A stretch of DNA of 64,000 nucleotides from Eledone cirrhosa (GCA_964016885.1 OZ024748.1:28520001-28584000), one strand, 5' to 3'. Shown: positions 38,220-52,957, numbered from the stretch's first letter. Made by a program: numbers and translations. Notes: a model not told the origin generated them from the sequence alone.

Positions 38220-39299
38220 GGCTGTCAGTAAAGACGTATTTTTGGAGCTCCGCAAAAGTAGGAAATTTTCTGTTTATTTTCATTTATAATAATTGTTGTA
38301 TTCTTTGAAAAGGGTCGTAAGACTTCCGTCTTTGCCCTCTGAAGGGGTGACTGTGTAATATTTGGGCCTTTTGGCCCAAATATTTGAACTTTTTTGTATT
38401 TTAAAAAAATTCTCGGAAAAAAAAAACATGGCTGAGCCACGCCCCCCAAATTTAAGTCTGCTGTCGTGTGACAGCGACCTAAATGTTGAGAGGAGGGAAG
38501 CAGCAAACACATCGATCTATACTACAAATACATTTAGCAACACCATCACAAACAACATGAACAGTTGCAGCAGCAACATCAATAGTGAGAACAATAATCT
38601 TTAAAAAAAATCAGTCTACAGGCACGGAAGTGCTGTCAGACGGACCTGCCCAAAAGATGCGCGCAGAGCGACGAAACCGTTATGCACGCACACGTCTAGT
38701 ATCCGTGCATTACTGACTTGTGGAGTTATGTCGAACAGCTGTTGTCGCGTGTAGAACGGATCCGGCTATCGGCCGAGTCCATAGTGAAGATCGACCCGCC
38801 GCCTTCTTTTGGCCAGGAAGGGCAGGCAATTTTCCTCTGTCTGGTGGCAGTAGCGAAGAGGTTGTATGGTGGACGAGGCTGAAAGGACTGAAGACAGACA
38901 CTTTTCTCTTCGGCCAATCCCTCATCAACTTCTTCAAGTTTCACTTGAAAAGGAAGGTGAGGGTGGAGAGAGAAGTGCTGCCCCCCCCCCCCCCCCCCAA
39001 TACATTTGCTGAAAGGTGGATGAATGTGGCGAGAATGGCCCATGTGAGTGGGCCTACTCTGATCATGCGCCTGTAAGTGGGTAAATTTGAGGAGGAGAGG
39101 GGTGCCCTTCCCGGATGCTCTCGAAGCGTCGGGTCGTTCAGGATTGTTGTATTTTCTTGTTACTTTGTTATTGTTATTTATATTGTTTACACGTTGTATT
39201 TGTATATGTAAACTCCCACTGTCCCAGTCTTTTGTATTGTCCCCTATATGTCGGCCCTTGTGGCCAATAAATGAATTCATTATTATTATTATTATTATT
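38220..39299 (+). mobile_element. Internally deleted Tx1-clade LINE (5'UTR and ORF1 start joined to the ORF2 3' end)
   Basis: 5' end resembles 62881 onward (gagctccgcaaa, hairpin before ATG 38428). From about 38615 it matches 44625 onward. (ATT)n tail. Confidence 0.8.
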
Positions 39300-39513
39300 G
39301 AATGCTATGGTTGACGGTGGCTCGGCTCTGTAAGGTATTGTAAACTTTGACCGCTATAACAATTGTAAATTGTTTTAAACTTTAACCAACTTGTAGACAA
39401 AAACACCCTCCTCCTCGTGAGAGGGGTCTTTCTGCCCGTTATTTGGCCCTTCGGGGTTAAATAACTGCTTATTGGGTTTTGTGCCCAATATTTATTTTAA
39501 ACCAAAAAACAAC

Positions 39514-41617
39514 ATGGCTACGAAAAAGAATTTTCATAGGTCACTCCCACTCATTCCATCTTCTTCTTCCTCAATCGTCACTACAGCAGAGAGAAGATTG
39601 TCTCTCTCCCTCCCTTCTTTAAATGTGTCTCTCTCCCTCCCTTCTCTTTAGCAAGCGACGACAGAAAAGAAAAGTCTCGTGCAAAGCGTGCAAGATTTCT
39701 CCACGACGACGACAACGACGAAACAGGTGTGAGGGAAATACGAAAACCCATTTCATTCGTCTGACGTCAGGAATAATAGCAGTAGCAGCCGTAATAACAA
39801 CAGCAACAGTGACAATGAAAACAACAGTAGCAGCCACAACAGCATCAGCAGCAGCATAAACAACAACAGCATTAGCAGCAGCAACAACAACAACAACCAC
39901 AGCAACAGCGGCGGCGGCAGTAGTCGTAGTACCTGCAGCAACAACAAAAGTAACAGCAGCTCTGACGACAACAACAACAACAACAGCAGCAAAGAAAAAC
40001 CAATCTCGTTTGCAGGTATCGCAAAGAACCTGGAAACCATCCTCATAACAAATGAGGAATTAGAGGAAGCGAAGAAGATGGTGACAAAAACTGGACACCG
40101 AGCAATCTGCAAGGCAGCGGAAAATGTTTTAGAAACCCAACAGCACTGTACGGTCACGTACCGTACAGTAAGTACAAAATCCCGTAGGGTTGAAAGAGCC
40201 ACAGAGGCTCAAATACAAAAAGCCTTGGGGTCTGTGTGGCAGCGGAAAACGCACATCACCCGAGGCAAGAAATATGCCACCGTAGACGTACTTTTTGCCA
40301 CACCCCAGGAGGCAAAGGCTCAATCCTTAGTGACCCTAAGGAGCGAGGAAATGGTGTTGGTGCCCTCCTACTGCGGGCAAAAAATTGTGAGGGTCAAACT
40401 GACCCACGTCCCCCCCCGGGATGGCCCCTTCTTGGCTGGCCGCGTCTGTCCTCGTCGGAATCGAGGACAAAACAACTGTACTGCAAGTACAGAAAAAAGT
40501 AAGAGAAGATTGGGTCGGCAACTCCATTGAGATGTTAATCCAAACCAACTAGGAGTGCATCGAAGCTATCGCGGATGTGATAGACTTCGATAACGGCACT
40601 CAACTGCCCATAAGTGTTGAGGGCAAACGCCTGAAATGCTTTCGCTGTGGATCGAAGACTCACCTCAGGGCCTTCTGCAACGAGAAGACCCTGAGAAAGG
40701 AGAAAACCCCCCTCCTTCCGAAACCGGCTCCACGGCTACCAGCAACAGGACAAGCGGTAACCAGGAACGATAGGTCCGTGGCACCCATACCCACGCCACG
40801 GAAATCAAAAACAGCAGCAGCAGTGGAAGTATTAACAACAACAACAGCAATACCAAATGCAGCTGCAACAGAGACTCCAGTGCAAACATCACCAACAACA
40901 ACAAGTGAAAGAGTGGAGCTGGTACCCCTCCTTGACCTCACAGAATCAGACATGGAGTGTGAGGTGGGAGAGGGATAGCAAAAGGTCGTAAGAAGGCACA
41001 AACGCAGAAGCAGCGCATCGTCGCCTTTGAAAAGGGAGGAAAGAAATGAAAAAAGGGTAAAGGCTACTGCAAAGAGACTCACAGCAGCAACACCACCAAC
41101 ACCATCACCACCCACACTAGCATCACCATTACCACCGGCGACAACCCCACCGCCAACAACACCTTCAACACCACCACCACAAGCACCAACATCGCAAACA
41201 CAACAACAAAACACACACACCGAGCAATAACGACAAGAAAATAGCAGAACCACACCCCACCCACAGAAAAACAAATGCACGGCAATAAATACACACAACA
41301 AGAAACTAATGACTTACATAATTGAACACACAGACATTTCACAACACGACTACATAATACCAGCACCAATCAAAACGCCAACTAACATAAGACTGCTAAA
41401 AATAGCACAGAAACAATACACAAACATTAAAACGAAATTCCCCAACGCAGTTGGTGATTTCAGAGACCTAGGAGGGACACTCAACCGAAGAGTATATTCG
41501 GACATACTCATAGAAGAGCCGACGACCAGCCGAAGGGACGATTCAACGGTCCCTTCACCAGACGATCAAGTGAAAAGGGATGGAAAAACCATCCCTCCTC
41601 TACGAAAAGTACGGTAA
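39514..41617 (+). pseudogene. Tx1 ORF1 (nucleic-acid binding, zinc knuckle), disrupted
   Basis: CFRCGSKTHLRAFC knuckle. SFAGIAK...EELEEAKKMV is homologous to the copy at 63066 onward. Several stops and a frameshift at the poly-C near 40410. Confidence 0.82.
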
Positions 41618-41652
41618 GTGGTCTTTCCCATCTTTTCCACTCTATTTTAAAC

Positions 41653-44600
41653 ATGACCTCACTCAGAATAGGCAGCATAAATGCACGTGGCTTGGGGTCG
41701 TCATGGAAGCAGGGTCACCTGCTCAACGACCTCAGGTCACTAAACATAGATGTAGTGGCCATCAGCGAGACCAGAATCTCCGAAGCACGGGCCTTCACAC
41801 CGATCTTCGGCGGCTACGATGTGTACGCATCTCCCAGCCGTCCTGGATCGGGGGGAGGAGTTGCTGTGCTTTTTCGGAGAGGTTTGGACCTCGTCATACG
41901 GACCATCTTCCTGGACCCAGAGGGTAAGTTGGTGGTGCTGGACGTGACCAGCGGAGACGGGCAAGCTTTCAGGTTAGTGGCCGTCTATGCCCCGACAGGA
42001 GCAGGGCGGCCTGATTTCTTCCGGCGTCTGGAGACCTTTCTTGGAACGTCCCGCTCTTTAGTGTTAGTGGGCGACTGGAACGGGATCTTAGATGCACGCT
42101 GGGACTGTGTGGGATTAGCAGATAGGGGTGGAGGGTGCAAGAGCCTCACCAACCTGCTCAGGCGTTTTGAACTGTCTGACAGGTACCGATTGGATTTCCC
42201 GAATGTGCCAATGTGGACTTGGACAAATCGCATAGGGTCATCCAGATCATATCTAGATAGAGTATTTTGTAGGGAAATAGATAGGTCTAGCATAGGCTGT
42301 CCACAATTCAAGATAGTCAGCTACACGGACCACAAATTCGTGATCTGTGTGCTTGACTTAGATAGGCTTCATAGACGAGGACCCGGCTACTGGAAGCTAA
42401 ACGCGTCCTTACCAGCGCGCAAGGCCTACAGAGACCCGATTAGCGAACTAGTTAAGCGGCCGTTGACGGGGGCCATCGTCAACAACAAGTGGTGGTTTGC
42501 TCTGAAAAGAGCGATTAGAATAGAATCGATTAGGTTTAGTAAAGCTTTAGCAATAGAGAAAAATAGAGCAGAGGGAGAATTAGTTAGAAAATTAGACGAG
42601 GCGCTTAGCAAAGGCATTGCGACCGACGTGCTTGCGGCGAAATTGGCCCTTGACCAATTCTTCAATGCAAAGCACGAAGGCTGCGTTGTCAGAGCAAGAG
42701 TGCGTGCTCTCAGACACGAGGGGACGAAAGCCGTTCAATGGGCCCGAGTGGCGGAGGCGCGTCGTGGCAACAAAGCCACGATCCGGTCTTTGGTGGACCA
42801 CGACGGGCGCATGCTACTCGATCCCGAGCAAATGTGTGAAGCTTTTCAGCGACACTTCGCTCAGCTGTTCGGGGGCAGCGGTGGGCCGGGTCGAGGGATG
42901 GACTTTAGTGTCTACCTCGACGGACTGCCGCGGCTCTCGGCCACTGAGGCGTAGTGTTGCGAAAAGCCGATAACAGCCGCTGAAGTAAGGGAGGCAATGA
43001 CTGGCTGCACAAGGGGTAAATCGCCTGGTTTGGATGGTCTGCCCTATGAACTTTACGTACAGATGCCAGACTTGTTCGGAGGCCTCTTGGCGGACGTCTA
43101 CTGCAACTGGCAACAGAACGGGAGAATTCCCAGTTCTGTGAACCGAGGAGCGGTGGTACTGCTGAGAAAGGACCCGAACAAGGGGGATAACATAGATAAT
43201 TTCCGGCCCATAACTCTGCAAAACACAGAGTTCAAGATTTTGGCCAAGGTGCTAGCAAAGAGGTTGGCGCTTGTCGTTGGTGGTCTGGTGGGAGAGGCGC
43301 AGACATGCGCCATTCCCGACAGATCCATCCACGACAACCTCCACCTCATGCGATACATCGCAGAGAGGGTAGCTAGGGAACCTGGCACGGGTAGGTCCTT
43401 GATCAATTTAGATCAGTCGAAAGCTTTCGATAGGGTCGACCATCGTTACCTAGCGGCAGTCCTGAGGGCGGCTGGCTTTGGGCCCGTCTTCAGAGGCTGG
43501 ATCGCTGCCATGCACAGCGACATCTGCTCTGTGGTGAGAGTGAACGGTCACCTTTCGGAACCGTTCAACATCATGCGCTCGGTCCGCCAAGGATGTCCCC
43601 TCTCGTCCCTCTTGTACGTATTGACTCTCGAGCCATTACTGCACAAACTGGAGACGTTGAGGGGCGTCCCGCGCTAACTAGGTTGCGGAAGATCCGTGTC
43701 AGCATATGCGGACGATGTCACCGTAGTGGTGTCGAACGCCAAACACATCGAGGCGATCGGCACTACACTAAGAGAATACGAAGCGGTGACAGGAGCAATG
43801 ATCAACCAGGAAAAGTCAGTGGGCCTGCAGCTCGGCACCTGGAGAGGCAGGTCCATGCCGTCCAACAGCGTCGTCGGACGCTGGACGGACGGACCGGTTA
43901 AATTGCTAGGGGCCTGATTCGGTCCGGACCTCCAGACGGACAAAAACTGGGACGAGGTAACGAGCAGGGTGGCTTCTCTCACCCAGAAATGGGCGAAGAG
44001 GAAGCTATCGCTGAAAGGTCGAGCGGAGGTGGCTAACGCGTACATCGCGTCCGTCATCTACTACCGCCTGACCGTCGTACCTTGTCCTAAGCCTCACCTG
44101 ACTGCGCTGGAGCGTTTGCTCTTTCGCTTTTTGTGGAAGGGACGCGCTGCGATGGTCAGGCGGTCCATCTGTTGTCAACATCCGCTACGTGGAGGGCTGG
44201 GCATGCCGTGGCTGATGATGCGCAGGCACGCGCTCAGGCTACGACATCTCCACCTCTTCCTCGACGGTGATCAGGTGTGGTCGCCGTTTGCTAGACACGT
44301 ATTCCCCAGCTCGTTTCCTTGACGGAGCTGCAGTCCTGGGTCAAGCGAAGACCGAGAGGGAGCGCCTGGAGACTGGAATGTCTTCTGGCGCTCACAGCCC
44401 TCGACCAATCGGGCAATGTGATCGGTGGAAACATTCCACCTCGGCGTTCTATAGAGGATTAGTGGAGGGGAAGAGCGACGACGTACTTGGGGAAACTCTA
44501 GGCGTCGACGAAAATCAACTAGCCAATCTCTTCGGAAGAACTTTCGGGCCAGGGCCTATGGACAACTTCCAGAAATCTCTGGCCTGGCAGTGCTACCGAG

Positions 44601-45073
44601 GAGTCTTGCCAGTTCGCGATAAACTCTACAGGCATGGAGGTGCCGTCAGCCGGGCATGTCCGAGATGCGCGCAGGGCGACGAAACCGTCCTGCACGCACT
44701 CGTCCAGTGTCCGAAAATTGCTGACTTGTGGGTTTATGTCGAACACCTGCTGTCGCGTGTAGGACGGATCCGGCTATCATCTGAGTCCATCGTGAGGATT
44801 TCCCCGCCCTCCTCCTTTAGCCGGGAAGGGCAGGCAGTTTTTATCTGTCTGGTGGTCATGGCGAAAGAGATAGTATGGTGGACACGTTTGAATGGGCTGA
44901 AGACGAGCACTTACCTCTTCGGTGATGCTCTGATTGACTTTTTCAAATTTCATTTGAAAAGGAAAATCAGAGTAGAGAGGGAAGTGCTCTCTTCCCAGCA
45001 TTTTGTTGAAAGATGGGTGAGAGAAGCAAGAATGGCCCGAGTGAATGGGCCTACTCTGAGTATATATCTGTAA
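41653..45073 (+). pseudogene. Tx1 ORF2 (APE endonuclease, reverse transcriptase, C-terminal zinc finger), disrupted
   Basis: APE: SINARG, ISET, VYAP, VGDWN, LDR, TDH. RT: KSPGLDG, FRPITL, LDQSKAFDRV, RQGCPLS, YADD. Finger CPRC...HALVQC. Stops at 42952, 43675 and 43915, frameshifts near 44310-44440. Confidence 0.96.
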
Positions 45074-45376
45074 ATTAAAGGTGGAAAACTGGGAGAGGGC
45101 ACTTGCCTTGGTGGTCAGGGTCACTGTGGCCTTTTACTGGGCTTTCTCCACAAATGTCCCTCCGAAGTCTCCCCCCTATTGGGGAATTTTTCATTGTTAT
45201 TTCTTTGTTACATCCTCTGTTTTTGTTTTTTACACCCAGAAATGCCCATTTGTACCGTCCTGTATTGTCCTGCACTGTCCTTAATGTCTACTTTATGTAA
45301 ACCCTTGTGGTTAATAAAGAAATCATTATTATTATTATTATTATTAGTAGTAGTAGTAGTAGTAGTATTAATATTA

Positions 45377-45537
45377 TGGATTGGCAGTATCGGTAGAGGG
45401 TCAGACGCCATGCTTTGCAGCATAGAGTTCCGACCCTTTATGATCCGAGTTCAAATCACGCCGAGGTTAACTTTGCCTTTCATCCTTACGGGGTCGATGA
45501 AATGAAGTACCAGTAATACACTGGAATAATTGCTGAT
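45377..45537 (+). mobile_element. SINE family A adjoining the Tx1 tail
   Basis: Consensus head and body. 3' end lost into (TA)n. Confidence 0.88.
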
Positions 45538-45575
<38 letters not shown>

Positions 45576-46202
45576 AAGTGTGTACATAGGTATTTGGGTG
45601 AGGCACTGACCACATGTACTCCTCATCCTTCTCCCCATCCTAGCCCCACCACCTCCTCCCAACTGTACTCCACCTCTTCACCTCAGCCCCCCCCCCTTAC
45701 TTGACTCCCAGTCAAAACCCGGCCTAATTCCTCAAATTGTCCTCCTTTTAAAAACCAGACATTCTTGGAGCGGTTCTCACCTTCCCTCTCTCTCTCCCTC
45801 ACTCTCTCTCTCACCTTCCACATCCCTTGCCTCTCTCTCTCCCTCACTCTCTCTCTCCCTCACTCTCTCTCTCCCTCCCTCTCTTTCTTCCTCTTTTTCT
45901 TTCTTTATCTTCCTCCCGCATCCCACATCACACCTCCTTCTCTCACTCTCTATAATTCCCTATATCCCTCTCCGTCTCTCTCTTTTTCTCTTTTTACTCC
46001 TTGCTTTTAGGTTACACTGTTACTTATCACCTACCCCCCCCCCTCCCTCTCTCTCTCTCTCTCTGCCCACTTATCACTTTTTCTCTCTATCTACCTATCT
46101 TTATCTATCTACCTCTTTAAAATACACCTTTTTTCAAACCCATTCTCTCTCTCTCTTCTCTCTCTCTCTGTCTCTCTCTCTCTCGCTCTCCTTCTACCTC
46201 AA

Positions 46203-46362
<160 letters not shown>

Positions 46363-46380
46363 TACATATATATATATATA

Positions 46381-46420
<40 letters not shown>

Positions 46421-46443
46421 TATATATATATATATGTATATAT

Positions 46444-46518
<75 letters not shown>

Positions 46519-46611
46519 CATATATATTAGATAGAATGATAGATAGATAGATAGATAGATATCGGTCTAGCTTATAGCCCCCTAAATAGAGATTTTGGCT
46601 TAGGTTTTAAT

Positions 46612-46714
<103 letters not shown>

Positions 46715-47159
46715 ATCTTCATCCTTCTCCCATCCCCCTACTATCTCTTCATCAACCACCACCATCAGCAGCATCATCCTCACCCCACCCCCCATCACAA
46801 TCACCACCACCAACACGACCAGCGTCACCATTTCCCACCACCACAATCACTTACACCACCACTGTTTTTCTCTAAATACTGCATCTAACCAAACACGCCA
46901 CCGCCATCCACACCGTGTCTACTGCCATCAGTTGTGTGACACAATTCCCACGCTACAAGAATATTCACAGAATTGACGCCCCTACACCCCACCTCCATTA
47001 TTGCTACCTCTTTGCATCACCAGCACCGGCACCACCACAGTCACCAAACACACACCACCACCACCACCACCAGCACCACCACACCCTCTACCAGAGTCAC
47101 CACACATACATTAGCCTCACCGACACCATTCCGATACCAAAGACACCACCACCACCACC

Positions 47160-47590
47160 ACCACCACAGACACCATCGTCACCAACACCATTACAACACA
47201 GTACCCCATTACCACCACCGCCAGCACCACCACCACCACTGCCACCATGGCACACCACCACCACCACCACCACCACCAGCATCAAGCACCACAGGCAGAC
47301 AACATCGTCACCAACACCATTACAACATTAGCACCACCGCCAGCACCACCACCACCACTGCCACCATGGCACACCACCACCACCACCACCACCACCACAG
47401 ACAACATCGTCACCAACACCATTACAACACAGTACACCATTACCACCACCGCCAGCACCACCACCACCACTGCCACCATGGCACACCACCACCACCACCA
47501 CTACCACCAGCATCAAGCACCACAGACACCATCGTCACCAACACCATTACAACACAGTACACCATTACCACCACCACCACCACCACCACC
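47160..47590. repeat. Tandem repeat of about 100-130 bp, 3-4 copies
   Basis: Recurring catcgtcaccaacaccattacaaca...ctgccaccatggcac. Confidence 0.85.
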
Positions 47591-47829
47591 AAAGACAACA
47601 CTATCACCACCTCCACCACTACCTACCACAAACAGACCACCACTGTCACGACATCCACCCCAGTGCAACCTTTTCTACTAGCACCGCCACATCATTAGCA
47701 CCGACAGTCCTACCATAACCCGCCATCAACACCACTACCACTACCACCAGTACCACCACCAATATAACATCATTGACATCATTACCATCAATACCATCCT
47801 CAACACCACCACCACTACGACCACCACAT

Positions 47830-47901
<72 letters not shown>

Positions 47902-48051
47902 CTGCAACATCACACCGTTACCACCACAAACACCACACCACAATCACCCAACGCTACCATCACCTCAACCCATCACATACTATCACCAACACCACCTCAT
48001 CAGTGTCATGAACACCATCATACCACTAACACTAACTTTACCATAGTACTA

Positions 48052-48440
48052 CCTTCAACACCACCACACCACTGCCTTCAACACCACCACACCACTGCCT
48101 TCAACACCACCACACCACTGCCTTCAACACCACCACACCACTGCCTTCAACACCACCACACCACTACCTTCAACACCACCACACCACTACCTTCAACACC
48201 ACCACACCACTACATTCAACACCACCACACCACTACCTTCAACACCACCACACCACTACCTTCAACACCACCACACCACTACCTTCAACACCACCACACC
48301 ACTACCTTCAACACCACCACACCGCTACATTCAACACCACCACACCACCGCCATCAATACCACCACACCACTGCCATCAACACCACCACACCACTGCATC
48401 AACACCCCCACACCACTACCATCAACACCACCACACCACT
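48052..48440. repeat. 23-bp minisatellite (ccttcaacaccaccacaccact[g/a])
   Basis: ccttca at 48075, 48098 and onward; about 16 copies. Confidence 0.9.
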
Positions 48441-48499
48441 ACCACCAACACCACCAACCCCACTACCTCCAACACCATCATTACCACCCCACTACCTCC

Positions 48500-49563
48500 A
48501 CCAATACAACCACACACCATCACCACCACCACCTCCATAACCACCACCATCACCACCATCACCACCACCATCTCCACGACCGCCACTACCACCACGACCT
48601 CCATCAGTACCACAAACACCACCACTACCACCACCACAATCCACCACCACCGCCACTACCACCAGCAGCACCACCACCACCATCTCCACCACCGCCACTA
48701 CCACCACGACCTCCATCATTACCACAACCACCACCACTACCACCACCACCACCACCACCACCCACATCACTACCAGCACCACTACCAGCACCACCACCAC
48801 CACCACCAGCACCACCACCACCAGCACCACCACCACCACTAGCTCCACCACCATCATTACCACCCCACTACTTCTACCAATACAATCACATACCATCACA
48901 TCACGACAACCTGTAGCTCCACCTCTACCCTCTGTGACCACATCCACCACCACCGCCACCACACCCATAGCAGCAATTTCCAGCACCACCACAACATCAC
49001 CCCTACCATCCCCACCACCATAACCACCACCCATGTCAATGTCACCGCTACAACCCCACCACCACCACTAACAACAACAACAACACCATCACCACCATCA
49101 ACACCACTGCCTGTGTCACCATCACCACCATCACTCCACCACGGCCAGTGTCACCATCGCCACCACCACTACCACCACCACCACCACTATCACTACCACC
49201 ACCACCACCACCACGGCCACCACTACCACCACCACTACCACAGCCACCACCACCACTACCACCACCACCACCACTACCACCTCCACCACCACCACTACCA
49301 CCACTACCACTACCACCACCACTACCACCACTACCACCTCCACCACCTCCACCACTACCACCACCACCACCACCACCACCACCACCACTACTACCACCAC
49401 CACTACCACCGCCACCACTACCACCGCCACCACTACCACCACCACTACCACCACCACCACCACTACCAGCACCACCACTACCACTACCACCACCACCACC
49501 ACCACTACCACCACCACCACTACCACCACCACCACTACCAGCACCACCACCATCACCACCACT

Positions 49564-49594
<31 letters not shown>

Positions 49595-51090
49595 CCACTA
49601 CCACCACCACCACTACCACCGCCACCACTACCACCACTACCACCACCACCACTACCACCACCACCACCACCACAACCACCACCACCACTACCACCACCAC
49701 CACTACCACCACCACCACTCCACCTCCACCACCACCATTACCACCACCACCACTACCACCACCACTCCACCTCCACCACTACCACCACTACCACCACCAC
49801 CACCACCACCACCAGCACCATCACCACCACTACCACTACCATCACCACCACCACCACCACTACTACCACCACCACTACCACCACCACCACTACCAGCACC
49901 ACCACTACCACCACCACCACTACCACCACCACCACCACTACCACCACTACCAGCACCACCACCACCACCACCACCACTCCACCTCCACCTCCACCACTAC
50001 CACCACCACCACCACTACTACCACCACCACTACCACTACCACCACCTCCACCACCACCACTACCACCACCACCACTACCAGCACCACTACTACCACCACC
50101 ACCACTACCACCACCACCACCACCACCACCACCACCACCACTACTACCCCCACCACCACCACTCCACCTCCACCACCACCACTACCACTACCAGCACCAC
50201 CACTACCACCAGCACCACCACCACCACTACCACCACCACTCCACCTCCACCACCACCACTACCACCACTACCACCGCCACCACTACCAGCACCACCACTA
50301 CCACCAGCACCAGCACCACCACTACCACCACCACTCCACCTCCACTACCACCACTACCACCGCCACCACCACTACCACTACCACCACCACCACCACACCA
50401 CCTCCACCACTACCACTACCACCACCACCACCACTACTACCACCACCACCACCACTCCACCTCCACCTCCACCACTACCACCACCACCACTACCACTACC
50501 ACCACCACCACCACTACTACCACCACCACCACTACTACCACCACCACCACCACTCCACCTCCACCTCCACCACTACCACCACTACCACCACCACCACCAC
50601 CACTACCAGCACCACCACTACCACCACCACCACCACCACTACCACCACCACCACTACCACTACCAGCACCACCACTACCACCACCACTCCACCTCCACCA
50701 CCACCACCACCACTACCACCACCACCACCACTACCACCACCACCACCACCACTCCACCTCCAACACCACCACCACCACCACCACCACCACTCCACCTCCA
50801 CCACCACCACTACCACTACCACCACCACCACTACCACCACCACCACTACCACTACCAGCACCACCACTACCACCACCACTCCACCTCCACCACCACCACC
50901 ACCACCACTCCACCTCCACCACCACCACCACCACCACTCCACCTCCACCACCACTCCACCTCCACCACCACCACCACCACCACCACCACCACCACCACCA
51001 CTCCACCACCACCACCACCACCACCACCACCACCACCACCACTCCACCACCACCACCACCACCACCACCACCACCACCACCACCACTACC
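48500..51090. repeat. (CCA)n/(CTA) degenerate trinucleotide array
   Basis: Source of the poly-Pro, poly-His and poly-Thr pseudo-ORFs. Confidence 0.95.
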
Positions 51091-51485
51091 AACAACCTAC
51101 TAACAATCTAACCATTTCTATATTTAGTCCCTGGTTACTGTACCCAGGTCAACTTCGAAAATGTCTGTGACGCTCTGACTCGCTGCCTCCGATCCCCCTC
51201 CCCCCTCCCCCTGTGTTACAGACATTGCTTCTTTTTCACTGTCACTCCCCCCCCCCCCTGCCTCGTAGGCATTGCCTCTCTTTCACTCTCACTCCTCGCC
51301 CTCTGTCTCACAGTCATTGCCTCTCTACCTACCACTCCTCATGGTTCTTTCTTGCAGACCTTGCCTCTCTCACTATCACTCCTCACCCTCTGTTTCAGAT
51401 CTTTCGTCTCTTTCACTGTCTCTCCTCCACCTTTCTCTCTGTCAGACCATCCCTCTCCGTCACTATCATTCACACACTCATTCTG

Positions 51486-51543
<58 letters not shown>

Positions 51544-51680
51544 GGCCGCGCATATTCTCTACCTATAAACATTTGTAACTATGTAACTAGCTATTTATTT
51601 GTCTTTCTGTTTATCTGTCTGTATAATATCCAGCACATACCTACCTCCTGCACTTCGTCTATATATATGACTGAGAAATT

Positions 51681-51734
<54 letters not shown>

Positions 51735-51848
51735 TAAATGAAAAAGTATATATATATATATATATAAGAGATATTTAATTTGTTGGAAATCCAACAAATA
51801 TAGATGTTTACAACTGATGCAAAGCACTCGACATTATAAAACATTTCG

Positions 51849-51910
51849 TATTTTATCTGATGATAGCGTACCAAAAATGTTGGTACCCTTGAAATATATA
51901 TAATAGAATA
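51849..51910 (+). ncRNA. Minimal type-I hammerhead ribozyme
   Basis: tattttat-CTGATGA-tagcgtaccaa-aaatg-ttggtaccctt-GAAA-tatata-TA-atagaata: 8-bp helix I, 7-bp helix II core, palindromic helix III, AUA triplet. Confidence 0.82.
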
Positions 51911-52007
51911 AATATGGTTTTATAAATATAGTTTCCATTTATTTAATATCAATTGTATATATATATATATATATATATAAATATATATATGTGTGTGTGT
52001 GTGTGTG

Positions 52008-52178
<171 letters not shown>

Positions 52179-52204
52179 TGTAATAAACAACATAAGATAA
52201 TTAT

Positions 52205-52275
52205 TTCATTTACCAAAGGTTTCACGAAGACAGACGAGCTTGGCACAGATGTCCGCCTTCAATCATCAGAATGAA
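52205..52275 (-). ncRNA. Minimal type-I hammerhead ribozyme
   Basis: Minus strand: ttcatt-CTGATGA-ttgaaggcggac...gtctgtcttcgt-GAAA-cctttgg-TA-aatgaa: 6-bp helix I, 11-bp helix II, GUA triplet. Confidence 0.85.
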
Positions 52276-52490
52276 TTTTATTTAAAACACTAACCACTAA
52301 CCACTAAGCCATGCGCCTTCACTGTATGTTTTGAAACAGTGAGCAGGTTTGAAATTAGGAAATAGAATAGCTTTGACCATATTTTTTTGACTAAAGAAAT
52401 TTTAGTCTGATTAATGGGATTTAGAACCTTCAGATAAATGGGAAAAGATGAGCATTGATGTACATGGGACTAGTCGCAAGCGGTGGGAGG

Positions 52491-52535
52491 GACCGTCCTG
52501 ACGATGGCCAGTTAAGCCTGAAATGCATAGGGGTC
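52491..52535 (+). ncRNA. Minimal type-I hammerhead ribozyme
   Basis: gaccgtc-CTGACGA-tggccagttaagcct-GAAA-tgca-TA-ggggtc: palindromic helix III, bulged helix I. Confidence 0.68.
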
Positions 52536-52544
52536 ATACTTTTT

Positions 52545-52579
<35 letters not shown>

Positions 52580-52718
52580 TTTATATTCCTGCTCTGTAAA
52601 ACATCTGATGTATTTACATTGAGTTATTTTTCTTACTGGTAATAAGTTAGTAATGAATTGCTGATCTCTCCTGTTTATAATTATATATAGTGTATATATA
52701 AGTATAAATAATATTATC

Positions 52719-52787
<69 letters not shown>

Positions 52788-52957
52788 CTTCAGGGTATTT
52801 TACTTGTCCCAATAACTTTATTTAGTTATTGCTCGCACCAACCAGAGGTATATGATTTTTAAAGCGATGAAATACCAATGAAGGTTGGAAGATCACTGAT
52901 GAAGGACTAATTTTGTTCATATGTAACCCATGTGCAGCCACGCAGCACTCCATTTTT

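Larger units (their letters stand above)
39300..45345 (+). mobile_element. Full-length (6.0 kb) decayed Tx1/L1-clade LINE
   Basis: 5'UTR, ORF1 with CCHC, ORF2 APE-RT-CCHC, 3'UTR, aataaa and (att)n tail. (ATT)n on both flanks. Confidence 0.95.

Noticed and set aside
49113-51170. Extensin- or formin-like poly-Pro ORFs, and the poly-His ORF at 57872
   Set aside because: (CCA)n and (CAT)n repeats with frame-switching indels and no domain context.
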